Part shown: piece after piece, positions 1 to 12,286 of the stretch
Layout of the letters: each line of letters starts with the position of its first letter
How positions within the stretch are numbered: position 1 is the first letter of the stretch
NCBI RefSeq assembly: GCF_964204645.1
Contig: NC_134031.1
Location: 14,495,807 to 14,559,806 of the forward strand
Direction of reading: 5' to 3'
From: Tubulanus polymorphus
Taxonomy: Eukaryota > Animalia > Nemertea
Length of the DNA: 64,000 nt
Notes under the pieces: model-generated
Told to the model about the DNA's origin: nothing
Databases searched by the model: none
The model's input: the letters and a program-made list of their open reading frames with translations, nothing else
Position numbers and translations under genes: made by a program

Positions 1-1189
1 TAATCAATTCAATTCGAAAATAAAGCTTTGCACGCAGTATATATATACGCATCTATATTCATAGTCCCGTTGAGTCGTAGATGCTCAGCTTTTTTATGTC
101 ACTTATAGTTCCGTTCAGTAGGACTCATACACTACTCATTGTAGGCAAACTTGGTACCAACTGCAGCATCCCATGACGAAGAAATCAATATTCATTAGAG
201 CTGTACCGTCGATGTCACTCGACTATACTTTGAATACCAGAATCATACCCTCATCTGGATAATTTGCGTTTTGAAATGTGCTTTCCTTTCACCTAATCAA
301 CATGCGGGACAATCAACTTACACGACATCTACATCAACATCTACCCGAGAAAAAAAATTATCATAAATTTTAATCGGACTACTTACACGTGGAAAACGAT
401 TTAAAAAAATAAGAATATAGAAAACATCTTCAACCTTGCGATATAGTTATTTCCAAAATCTCGATATATACAATTAGGCAGCCGACAAAATGAACCCCAA
501 TCAGTCGCTTTCCGGTTACGGCTGGTTGCTCGATTGTTTGACTGAACCGGGAACGAAAATTTGATTATGTACTTCGATTAAAACAAGAAATTCTGTAATC
601 TTGACCGCCGATCACACAACTATATCCGTACTTCAATTTCTGATTTCAAAATCAAACCCCCTGTTTCGCTCCCGGCAGGTGCGGAAGGTTTGTAAGGGAC
701 ACTGACTCAAAACAAAAATCAAACGAAATCTACCGATCGAATAACCACGTCAATCCCTGTATCAAATTTCTAAAAAAGTTTTTAAGAAAACATTGAAAAA
801 ACATTGTAATCAGTCGAAACTTTCAAATCTCCAAATACTCCGTTTGCTCCGTTAACAATAACTCACTGGCTCTCAATCTCATCTGCGACGTTCAGTGGTC
901 ATCTCTTTAGTCAGTTTTCGTTTTTGACGCGTATCAACTCTGACTGAAGAGGTGATGAGCTGCGAGAAGGGAGTGGTTATGAGAGGAAATTTTAAAGCCC
1001 TTACAAGGAGGAACCGTGTCGCTGCCGTTCTGGTAAATTATAGCGAAACTTTAATTGGTCTTGGCGTCATGTGATGGAGGCTACAGTGGAACGGTATATA
1101 CGAATCATGTTCAAACAATTATTTCCACTGAAATTGACAAGCGAACATTTTTTCATTCTCCGGTAGAATTATAATTCGAATCACATTGA

Positions 1190-2215
1190 CTAATCTGCGC
1201 TCGTATTGTAGGTGTCACATAAAACGCGAGCAATTGATGAATACAAACAATGATTAACAGGTGGTGGTGGAAATCGGTCATTGTGTTCGTGAAGGGTGTT
1301 GGTAGAAACCGTATTTTTAAGAGTTGCAGATTTTGTCGATTATTAGCATCATTTTCTAAGGTGAGCACCAAATGCACTCGCATTGAAAATAGCTAGGTGA
1401 TGAATACAAACACTGATAAACAGGTGGTGGTCATTGTTTTTGTGAAGAATGGTGATGAGACCTCTGAGAACTGATTATTGGCATAATTGTTTTTAAGTGG
1501 TGCCCCGAATGCACCCTCATTCTAGGAGTAGCCACACCACCGAACGTGAACAATGCTCAATACAAATAACACTAATAAACAGGTCTACGGGAACCAGTTA
1601 TTGTCTTTATGAAGAATGGAAAATAGGACCTGTATATCCGACAGTTGATGATTTTGCAGATTATTCACATCGTCAATTATTGTCTTAGTTTGGCGTATTT
1701 TGCTCAGCGAAAATACATTTTCTAAGAGCATAGAAAGAATTACAATTCATGTGTATAAGTGCATACATGGATTGGCAAATTACATATCTAATTACTTATT
1801 TAAGGTGTGGTCGCCAAACGCACCCAAGCAGTCACGTACAACGCGGTGAATTGTTGGAGACAAATAGCGCTGATAAACAGGTGACGGGAACCAGTCATTG
1901 TGTTTGTAGAGAATGGCGTCAGCATTCTTCACAAACACAATAACTGGCTCCCGTCACCTGTTTATCAGCGTTATTTGTATTCATCACTTGTTCACGTTTT
2001 GTGTGGCTGCTCTAGAATACGAGCTTATTTGGCGCATGTGCTTTAGACAATTACACCAATAATCTGGCAATCTTCAACTCTAAGAAATGTAGTTCTCATC
2101 ACTATTGTTTACGACCACAATAACTAGCACCCGTCGCCTGTTTGTCAGCACTATTTATATTCAGCAGTTTTTTGCATTTTGTGACTGCTTTTAATGCGAT
2201 TGCATTTGGTGGAGA
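1190..2215. repeat. Decayed ~160-170-bp tandem repeat folded into a large imperfect palindrome centred near 1920
   Basis: Motif 'aatacaaa..ctgataaacaggt...gtcattgt..tt.tgaagaatgg' recurs at ~1240, ~1403, ~1559 and ~1860 on + and in reverse complement at ~1925-1980 and ~2110-2160. 1861-1916 pairs almost perfectly with 1923-1978. Confidence 0.7.
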
Positions 2216-3733
2216 TAACTTTGACGACAACGAAAATAATCTAGAAAAAGGTAATTAATTTGTATTTCGGATTTTTACCCCTCTGGCAGAAAACCCTATT
2301 TATATTCTCGTTATTATTAGTATATTTTCGTTAATCATTTGCTTAAAAATTCTCCAATCAAATTCGATTACATATGTGTAGCAAACGACTGTATTAAACC
2401 AGTATAGCTGTCAAAATGTAAAAGTTTATCTGCAACCGTAGATTTCCTGTATAATCTTTTTAATTTGTGATCAATTTCTGCTTTCTCATTCTATCTCGTG
2501 AGAATCCCGATCCGAATGAAGTGCTTGTTTGAGTACGAATAGTTTCATAAGATACCTATCTAGTCAAAATACTGACAAATAATTGCTACGAAACGCAATG
2601 CTACATGCTTTTTAAGATATACGATTCTATTCAGTCTGCGTAGATTTACTGCGCGTACTGCCGCTATTAAAAACTTAAAATCTGAGACCGATCTTAATTG
2701 ATACCGATCATTCAAATCATTAGATCTTTCATGTAACGATTCAAAGTATAAGAAGGTAAAATCCCCCAACTTTTGAATGGATTGCAATAGATACCATTTT
2801 AAGGCCAATTTATTCGTATTATATGTAGTATATTCAATTTATTCTAATTGCTTGCCGTTGAAATATCATGAAATAATTATTTTACAACTTGAATAAGAAA
2901 TTGCAAATTGATAGTTCATCAATACTAATAGGTATCGCACAGTTTGAATTACAAGTTTAAGATAGTTCTTCGCACAATTCACATATATCTTTTCTCTTGT
3001 TACTTGGTTCGGCCATAGACTCTAAAACGAAGTTTTAGAGTCCATGGTTCGGCGCATCGACACATAATCAGGAGGTTGCTAGTCGGTCGAATCAATACAA
3101 ATTCATTTAGTAACGCAATTGAGTGTCTTTGTAACCAGCTCGGTGTTGTATCGGCAGGCTGGTTGGGGAATTAGCATTTACACCAGCGGTGCAGGATACC
3201 ATCCATCAGGAACAACAAGGCAGTTAAACCTTATATGTACAATTTCTATTGCATCCCGGAATGAGACTGATTATCTTAGTTTCACATACAGTCATACATA
3301 CATTACATACTAAGTCTTTATGTACAGAATCATGAGTATAAAGTGAGAACTATGTGCCAGACAAGTTGTAGACATCAGGACTCACAAACTAACACCTACG
3401 TAGTTACATGTTTGAGAGATTTATTCATTATTGATGAGCACCGACTAGAGCTAATTACTATGAAAACATATTGAGTAATGTGACATGTTGATAACCACAT
3501 TAAAGCACATATTGATACTATATTCATAAGTTATATTACATGTTATTGGTTTTGTTATCGTCATCGTCATCAGCAGCATCATTATTATCATTATTATTAT
3601 TATCATAATTAAGCATTTCATGTAGTAAGAGACATGAAATATGATGAACCGTTCGATATGAAATTGTAGATATACAATATACGATTATAAAATATGTTAC
3701 TTATGGTTCGTTACTTATATACGGGTGGAATCC

Positions 3734-5962
3734 AGGTAATAATGCCTGAAGTAAAAATGCCACAGGTGAAAATGCCAGAAGGAAATGTGAGGAAAATTAA
3801 GCAAAGAATTTTTATTAACATTGGACCTCATTTATACTATATTTTACGTATTGAATGCACAGTTTAGATATATAAAACATAGAACGATAACCACACTCAA
3901 ACGTGGTGAACTAATAATAATGTAACAACTAGAATTTTCAGTGCACTCGGGAACTAGCTCGTCAAAATTAATCCAAAGTCAACAATTCCAACTTGATAAA
4001 ATATCTTTTATTCAAATGCTTGGTCGGCAACTGCTCAGTACAAACTACCAACCAAAAGTGTGCGTTGTGTCCCTCATTCTGTTTCAACTGACTCTTATAT
4101 CTATATATATATTCCTGCATAGTAACAAAAACTTAGGTATGAAAAACAAAGGTGACAGACAGTGAGTAGACAATTTGAGCAACAACATGCCATAAACAAA
4201 GACAGAAAGAACATATGACTAATTACTTTACAAACACGACTAACAAATACATTTCTAAACAAAACAACAAGTTGCTATAATAAGACAAAAACCCACTATC
4301 TACAGATTAAAAGAATTTAAAAACAAAAATTCATTTATTAAATCTAAAATATATATAAGACACGTCGACGTTTCGATCTCACCCTAGAGATCATCGTGAG
4401 GTGTGAGATATTGACAAAAAACGGGTATATATACAGAGGAGAACAGGTTAATTGAGTAAATTGGTGAGTGAGTAAATAATTAGTGTTTGGCAAGGCATGA
4501 AGTAATATACTTAGAAAGAAGGGAATTGTGCGGAGAAAAGCCATTATTCAAATTGGCGCTAATATAAGAGTGACGAGTAATTACGGAAGACTCAACTATG
4601 TGGTGTTTAGTGTAATTGCTGGAAGTATAAATAATTTCGGCTTTATCAAAATTAAAACGACCAGTGACCAGTGTTCCGAACGTGATTTGCTACGCCACTA
4701 GCCGGTTTTTTTTTATTTATTATATCCTTTTTGTGTTCCGAAATTCGAGTTTTTAATTCACGACCAGTTTCTCCAAAGTAAATTTTATCACAGCCAAAAC
4801 AAGGAATTTTGTAAACTCCGCAGTCCAAAGGTTTAGATTGATTGTTTTTAACCAAAGCCTTACTAATTTTGTTTTCATACGTGAAAATGATTTGTTTATC
4901 CAGGGAGAGAGTGACGAAACTTTTCCAAAACAGGTACATACGGAATAACAATGAACTCTGAAATGTGTTTTTTTATTTTCTGGAGGTTTAGAATTGAAAG
5001 AAAGTACGTTAAGCGTTAGAAATAGCGATTTTCAAAATGTGATCAGATACGTCTGATTTTCTGAAGTATGATTTTACATCAGACTTCCAAATCGTGTATA
5101 CATCCGCCATTTTGACCGAATAATCCGATTTACTCATCATTTATATTTATGCCTGCCGCTTGCGATATGATCATATATCCTCTAATGATATTCAATGCAA
5201 TATGACATTTCGACGTTCAGAGAGAGCTCGTTATATGATCATAGGAAGCCATTGGACATCTTTATCAATAATATTTTGCCAAATAGCTTGTATGTGTTCA
5301 CATATACCTGTGACGTTTTGCACATCGATTTACAGTTTTCGTTTGTAAAATGACGCTGAATGGTTAACATTGTTTAGGTTTCATAATGGTAACGTTTTGT
5401 AAGGCGTCAAAAAACTATTCATCGAATTGTTGCTTTGATGTTATGAAATTGAGCAAACTAACTCGTCAAAAACTTCTTGATTTTAATCATCATACCTATT
5501 ATTATACCTAGAAATATGCTTTATCTAAACTGTGCATTCAATATGTAAACTCTGTGCATTCATTAGTACATTTGTTAATATTCATTTATTTAGAAATGTG
5601 TTACATATCATGACTATGTTCCCGTTTTGATTACAATTATATAAGAATATGTGTTAATTTTCTAATTTCCAATGATCTCAAAATAAAAATATCAATAATT
5701 TTAATGCTTATGTTTTATAGATTTGTGAGTTTACAAATTTGTCATTTTTTTATTATCATAGGCCAGAATATGTTCAGAACTGTGCATTCATTACGTAAAA
5801 TCTAGTGTAAATATGAAATTTCAGGTCCAATGTTAATAGATTCTTCACTTAATTTTCCTCATATTTCCTTCTGGCATTTTTACCTCTGGCATTTTTACCT
5901 ATGGTGTGATTTTTCCTCTACCATTTTTACCTCTGGCATTTTTACTTCTGGTATTATTACCT
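3734..5962. mobile_element. Non-autonomous DNA transposon with long (~140+ bp) imperfect TIRs built from AGGTAAAAATGCC subrepeats
   Basis: Left 'aggtaataatgcctgaagtaaaaatgcc...gaggaaaattaag...attaacattggacct...tgaatgcacagtt' is the reverse complement of right 'aactgtgcattca...aggtccaatgttaat...cttaattttcctc...ggcatttttacttctggtattattacct'. TSD not resolved. Confidence 0.65.
4360..4951 (-). mobile_element. Penelope-like retroelement 3' fragment (GIY-YIG endonuclease remnant plus hammerhead-like motif)
   Basis: ORF 4652-4951(-) reads 'CGVYKIPCFGCDKIYFGETGRELKTRISEH...SGVANH...TGH', the typical PLE GIY-YIG with the CCHH pattern. Downstream on the same strand is 'ctcacga-t-gatctc..gagatc-gaaa-cgtc' (~4365-4400). 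Confidence 0.85.
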
Positions 5963-6183
5963 ATGGCAATTCAAATTTGATCGAAAATTAACTCGTTTTC
6001 GGTAAACTTAGATTATTGCAGGTTTTTTATCTAATTTCCAGAACCACAGGTAGCACATTGAGGAATACAATAATAAAGGTCAAAACAATTTCTATAAGTA
6101 GTACAGATAAAATCAAATAAGGTCAAGTACACAAACTGAATTTTTCGTAACGTAAGTAGTAAGAATTGTGTCTATCATTTCAG

Positions 6184-7588
6184 ATGAATTATTTCATTAC
6201 CCTGGGAACCATGTTGCTGTTGATAACGTCATACGTGACGTCATGCCCGACAAGGGATAACAGTGGTAAGTCTTAATGTACTGCCATGCGCCCGAGTGTT
6301 ATGCATATTCTTTATCTGATGCGCTCAGTAAGACCTACCGACCGTTATCATATCCAGAAACCTCAGATTAAACTGAATTTTGATGGGACTGTTTTCACAA
6401 TACGTAATTAACCCTTAATTATTATCAAATCACTTATCATAACTAAATTATCATGATTAAATCAAGTTAGGTTTTTCACGAAACGTCACTTACGTTAATT
6501 ATAATCCAGTTAATTACAAAATTTGATTATCCCTTAGAGCATGAACAAATCATTTCATGGTTATAAGTTGCAGTTATCATTTATGAAATTTGATGTTTGA
6601 AAACAGACGAAGGCAATTTCTACAGCGTATTCAGTTTTCAGATTGTTTGTCTGAATAATTTGGATTTCATGCCTTATGTAAAGGATGTCAATACCAATAC
6701 TCTAGATTCTATTCATTTATCTTCAAACATAGATATGATAGATTTTTGCCGGTACTAGAGTACATATTTATGGAATTATATTGCTAAAAAGTCACCGCTT
6801 GGAAACCCCATTTACGACGATTGCTTTTGCAAACTTGAACAGCAAATCGGCTGTTGAATGTGCCGCCATTTTGATACACTTATATTGTGTAATGAAATCC
6901 CCTATGTAATAACAATTAGTTAATTATGTAATAAACGCTTTCGTGAAACCGAATTTCAATCGTAAGTAACTAAATCACGATTAATGAAATTTGATTATGA
7001 TTTAAGTCCTAATTATAATTAAAGTTAATAACGCTTTGTGAAGCCGGCCCCTGGCCCCTTTGCATCCATGGGTCAAGTGTAGATTCATTTACAAATCTAT
7101 TCAACTTCAATATTTGCGCTATTGCGCGATTGGCCTTGCAAAGTTTTAAGGGCCGCATGCTGAATGAAAGTGGGAGAATTGAGAGAAGAGAAAAAGAAAC
7201 AGAAGAGCTCTTCGATGAAACACATTCCAATTTTAGAGAACGTAAAACGACTAAGTTCTGTAGAGAATACAGAGGAACTTTGAGTCAAGCGCGATCCGGT
7301 AAAACGTGTCCAGGCCTGTGATTCTGAAACACTTCATCAACATATACCCGTTACAACCCGGACTTGGAATTATTATAGAAACCCTGACGACTGAGAAGGG
7401 CCTTGGAATACTTTTGTCTAATTACCCAACATCTAATTACACAGCAATCTTGTCATTTAGGGGGCACCACTACAGCTACGACGACAGCAACATCTACAGC
7501 CGCGCCTGACTCAACGCCTGCCGCGCCTACAACCGCGCCTACAGCCGCGCCTACAGCCGCGCCTGCAGCCGACTGCGACAAACCTTAG
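6184..7588 (+). CDS. Small secreted Thr/Ala/Pro-rich (mucin-like) peptide, 69 aa; coding exons 6184-6265 and 7461-7588
   Basis: Exon A follows a 'tttcag' acceptor and encodes MNYFITLGTMLLLITSYVTSCPTRDNS-G, ending at a GTAAGT donor in phase 1. Exon B starts after 'catttag' in matching phase and encodes GGTTTATTTATSTAAPDSTPAAPTTAPTAAPTAAPAADCDKP*, followed by another GTAAGT donor at 7596. The N-terminus is hydrophobic and signal-peptide-like. Confidence 0.75.
6385..7049. mobile_element. MITE (PIF/Harbinger-like ends) in the intron of the small secreted gene
   Basis: Ends 'gggactgttttcacaatacg' and 'cgctttgtgaagccggccc', with an inner inverted pair 'tttttcacgaaacg' / 'cgctttcgtgaaac' and TTAATTAT subrepeats. 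Confidence 0.5.
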
Positions 7589-8656
7589 AACGTCGGTAAG
7601 TAAAATTTCAGAAACTTCGATACGCTCAAAAATCGAACTTCCGAAAAGCTAAATTTATTACAAAAGGTTTAGATAGAGCGCTGCCTCCTGTAGTGTATTG
7701 GAAATATGATGACAATTACCGCTTCGCTGTCGGGCTATCTACATCCTCCCTCGACATCGATAGAAGTTGTTAAAAGGCGTGAAAATTGGCCTGGTAATCT
7801 CCAAAAACGAGGGTGGATGAATTTTAGACGTAAATCCGAAAAATATGTGCAATTTAATAGAAAATGTTTCTCGTCACCAACAACATTAGCTTGGCATTTG
7901 ATGCAGTATTATTAATGAGCCACGTTGATGCAATTCTCAAAGCAAAAACAGCAGTCTTTTCACTGCGAGTGATGCAACATGTACATGTTACATAGAATTT
8001 AGATAGAAAATGAAAAAAGCAAAAAAGTGCTTCACAGTCTTCAAAAAATATTCCCCAACGAGAAATTGTCTAGTTCATTAAATAAAAAAAAAAATTTCAG
8101 AAATGCCTGCAGCAATTCAATAACGAACCTTACGACGCGTTGCTTTCTGAAGACAATGTGGAAATCAAGGCCACAGGTGAATGGGATGATCTAAATTGCC
8201 TGTAGTCAAGTATTGCCGTCTGTTCGAAACCGTGCAAATAGCGATGCAGTACAAATTGCAACTTCTTATACAACTACACATAGATTACCAATACGTGGCT
8301 AATTTGAGACGAATTGTTTCCGGATACATCCGTCGAGTAAAACGACGGGCTACTGGCACGCCTACCATCCCGCCAGATGGCACCACTACGATGTCAGACT
8401 TTTAACACTCGAACGAAATTAGCTCGACTGCGCAGTCGACTGTGGCAATCGAGGATTCATTTTTAGGCCAGAGCGACATTGACATTGGCATCATGGCATT
8501 GCACGTGAGAATTATTACACCACTTCTTTGTTTGCAGTGAAATCTTTCGTTTGCTATTGTAGCGATGCCGGCGACACGTAAAAACGAAAAATAAATCATC
8601 GGCGACATTCGGGTCGTTTTACGATAAATGGATCTTCCAATTTTTCGTAAAACGAT

Positions 8657-8755
8657 CCCATCTTCACCCGTCAAGGGATTCGAACCCACTACGCTAAAGC
8701 TGTTCCCCGAACCCCTTGACCTCACGAGTCGTTGGAGTCGTTACTAGCTGACCAG
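8657..8755 (-). mobile_element. tRNA-derived SINE-like element
   Basis: The minus strand carries the Pol III B-box GGGTTCGAATCCC followed by 'gggtgaagatg', like the copies at 48005-48102 and 53803-53900. Confidence 0.5.
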
Positions 8756-10934
8756 AATCAGGTCGTACCAATCACAGCGCTTGTAACAAACCGGCAGTAG
8801 ACTTCTGTTGGTTTTCCCGTTAAATGGACCAATCAGCGAACGTTTTACCGAACAAGGAAGTATTTCGCAAATCGATATATGACGTCATGCGCAACAGTGC
8901 CAGTAATGAAATCACGCTTCGTGAGGCCAGGGGGCTGGTGGAAGCGAGTTCGGGAGTGATACTGGACCCCTGGCAAGATCCCGAATTAGAAATAACGTGT
9001 GATAGCCGCTTCAATCTCATATTTCAAAAAAAAAATCAATGCGTCTCATTTATAGCCACGGTTTTGGGTCCTCTCTGAAATAATGCTTATAATATTCAAT
9101 ACAATATTTACTGATAGAATAAATCTTTACCCGCATCACGGGCTTTCTGCTGCACATTACGTCGTTTGTATTTTTTCTTAACTTGTGTGACACAACTCCA
9201 GCAGTAGTGGTTTCCTGGCTTAACTCCGAAACACGAAAAAAACTGTTACAGTATTTCTGAGCAAAACGCGCATTGACCACGAGCAGGAAAAGAGTTTCTG
9301 CCTCGGCCTTACTGCGATGCGCTTGGCTTAAGTCACTTGTGCGGAGATAAAGTTCGTTGATTCGTATTGGTGTACCCCTTGATCTTCAGAACTCCGCGTA
9401 ATGACTAGAATCCCTTCGAAACTCAACACGGTTTTAACTGAGCTTTTATTTCTTCATTCATTCATTATTTTCTCTACACGAATTCCACCTGGGACTAGCG
9501 AACCACGCCGAGGGATTGTGGAAGTAAAAATGTTTGGTGGCGCCGGTTATGTTTATATACTCGTGGTATACCAGTGCCGCTCTCTGCGATTATTCCACCG
9601 TGCGAAAAATATCAGAATAATCCCCGATGCGGTATTATGCTGCTTTTCAAAACTGATGTTGGATTTCAAGTATGAAAATACCAAAGGCGTGATCAATCAA
9701 ACTTTCTTGGTTTGGTACACTGGGGTAACGTTGTGCTGTTTGTCCCGTGTTTATCACGTTTCTGGCAATACAATAAAAGTCTTAGAGTGTCTACTAGTGA
9801 CCGCTGAGATTGGACGCATATGTTAAGACCGAGGCCTCAGAATTTAATCCCTTTTTGCCACGGCGCTGGAGCATTTCAAGTGACCCAACCTCTACCATCT
9901 GGTGGGCACTATTCAAGTTCAAATATTCGTTCAATAAATGCAAATACACCATCGGATATCCGCAATAAAGAAGAAAGTACAAAGAGAATTATTTTTGATT
10001 TAGATAACAACGTATAGATTCGTCAGACTCGGTGGGGGGTATCTTATTTTTCATTTGTCAACTTGGAATTTCAATGGAATCTGAAATCTTTTGCAACAGC
10101 ACGGATGCGCATTTTCCTCCTTGACGGGGGCTGCTGATGCCTCATGCCTGAAGAATGAATTGCTGACTCGACGTGTCCCGCGAATGTTGCTATTTTTAGA
10201 TCTCCGATTACAAAAAAAAACCTAAATAAATAGATTGATATGAATCTTACATTCTTGTGCTTGATAAATTATTCAAAAGCAAGACCATGTTACATTTGCG
10301 TCTATTTTTCTACATCACCAGCGTTCTGCTCCGAGATTGCTAGGATCAAGTTTAACGAGACGAGTGACTATACCCGGTTAAAACGGCTAGTCATCGAACC
10401 GGAATGACGGTCTATCAATACGCATAGAACTGTCTGACCACTTGTGTTTTATATCACCACATACGCATTAGTTTACTGTTTCTGATGTTTTGACTGTAAA
10501 CTCAGTCTCATCGCCGCGATAGCTGGAAAGAGAAACAAATAGAACCCGATGAAGACTGCAAATAGAACCCGATGAAGACTGTATATACGTAAGTGTACAA
10601 ATATGTATTCAATATTCACGTGCCTGTGCCGCTTTCTTACTGACGGTCTATCAATTCGCATAGCACTGTCTGTTTGATTGCGACGCATCCACGGACCTAA
10701 CTATGCACTGTATATTAGAAACACAAAACTGCTCCCCGTGTAAAAACTTTTACTTTTAGGCAAACTCAGCACCAGATGTGAAGTACCGATTGTGCACCCC
10801 TTGGCGGAGAAACCCATCCTCATCGGAGCTGCACCGTCGAGGTCATAAACTACACTTCGGATACCACCGACCATACTTTCATCTGGAAAATTTGCGTTTC
10901 GAAAAACTACAATAAACTATCGGACTATTTACTA

Positions 10935-11174
10935 CGGAAGCCCCTAGGTGACATACGAGAAATTCTTTTCACAATTTCGACTTAATAAGTCGAATTTCGA
11001 CTTAATAAGTCGAATTTCGACATAATAAGTCAAATTTCGACATAATAAGTCGAATTTCGACATAATAAGTCGAATTTCGTGTTAATCAAGTCGAATTTCG
11101 ACTTAATAAGTCGAAATTCGACATGAAAATAAAACTCGAAATTCGACTTAATTAACTCGAAATTCGACTTAATA
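10935..11174. mobile_element. Partial copy of the CGGAAGCCCC MITE family (21-bp palindromic subrepeats)
   Basis: TA|CGGAAGCCCCTAGGTGACATACGAGA followed by a (TTCGACTTAATAAGTCGAAT)n array. Near-identical to 21150-21438; only one terminus found. Confidence 0.75.
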
Positions 11175-12020
11175 AAGAAGTTTCAAGTTTCTAGGCGCCA
11201 TTTTGTGGCGGTCCCTCGAGGTCCCTATTGTTGCGATAATTTGCGCTCATTTTTAAAACATAAGTTTAGATTGAATATCATATAGTTCTGCAGTCCCTCA
11301 CTCGACGAAATCGATTTATACACCATTTTAAAGGTAATGAAATGCAGATATTTGCTGGCGATTCTTGGAATTTTTGAACGCAACAATTGAGAACAGTGAC
11401 GATGTGAAACCAAGGACCGCATATCTTAACCGTGCGTAAAAGAAATCGCAATATTTATTAATTTCAAAATATCTAAGTATCTCTTCAAGCTATATTTCCT
11501 ATTTTCACTGAAGTTAAAGAGGGTTATTTGCAGTTTAAGCCTGCGTTAAAATCTTTTGAATATCTTACCTGACGACTGATCTGTACCCGCTTGAGTTTGA
11601 GATTACGCGCAAAAGGGGTCTCCCACTGCGCATTGCAATTTCACTGAACATTGAGATTTATCATATCAACTGTAGCATTAGTTTATTTTCATTCAATTTT
11701 TCATTATTCATGATTATGTAATACAGTCAATCTACTGCATTCTAAACTGCGGTGCTTCTTCTAAATTACAGCATGCCGCCGGTCGTCTTGATACTCTACT
11801 CGTCGATTAATCATGGCTTACATTGTTTTTGACTTCTCCCTCCATGACCGGAAGAATTATATCTCTAGATGCTTTTAATCTTATTTTTCAATGATGAGGC
11901 AAAATCACCTGTCGCAGTACATTTCCTTTCAGAAAATATACCTTGTTACACCATACTATACATACTGTATAGTATAGCTAAACGACCGGCGCGCGTTGCA
12001 TCATGGGTAAATTTATTATA

Positions 12021-12031
12021 AAACATGGCGG
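12021..12031 (+). promoter_or_regulatory. YY1-type motif (AANATGGCGG) upstream of EXOC8
   Basis: 'aaacatggcgg' lies ~260 bp upstream of the ATG; motif match only. Confidence 0.35.
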
Positions 12032-12286
12032 ATCTATTAAAGAAGGATTAACGTATCGCTGGTAAATTATCAAATATTTATCCATTATCAAAGCCCATAT
12101 TCAAGTGCCTGTGCCCCGGCCCGCTAAATCGCACTAGTTTCTAACCACAGGTATCGTAAACACACCTACGCCACCAAACATTGTATATTCATTAGGGTTG
12201 TCGGGCTTATCTGGAATTACGTCATAGCATTTGACTTTAGACGGGAATTCCGGAGGAAATCCTCGTATATGTCAATGAAATAGAAA

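Noticed and set aside
8760-10700. Possible decayed coding element or gene (several short ORFs)
   Set aside because: No recognisable domain, termini or consistent splice structure could be supported by eye.
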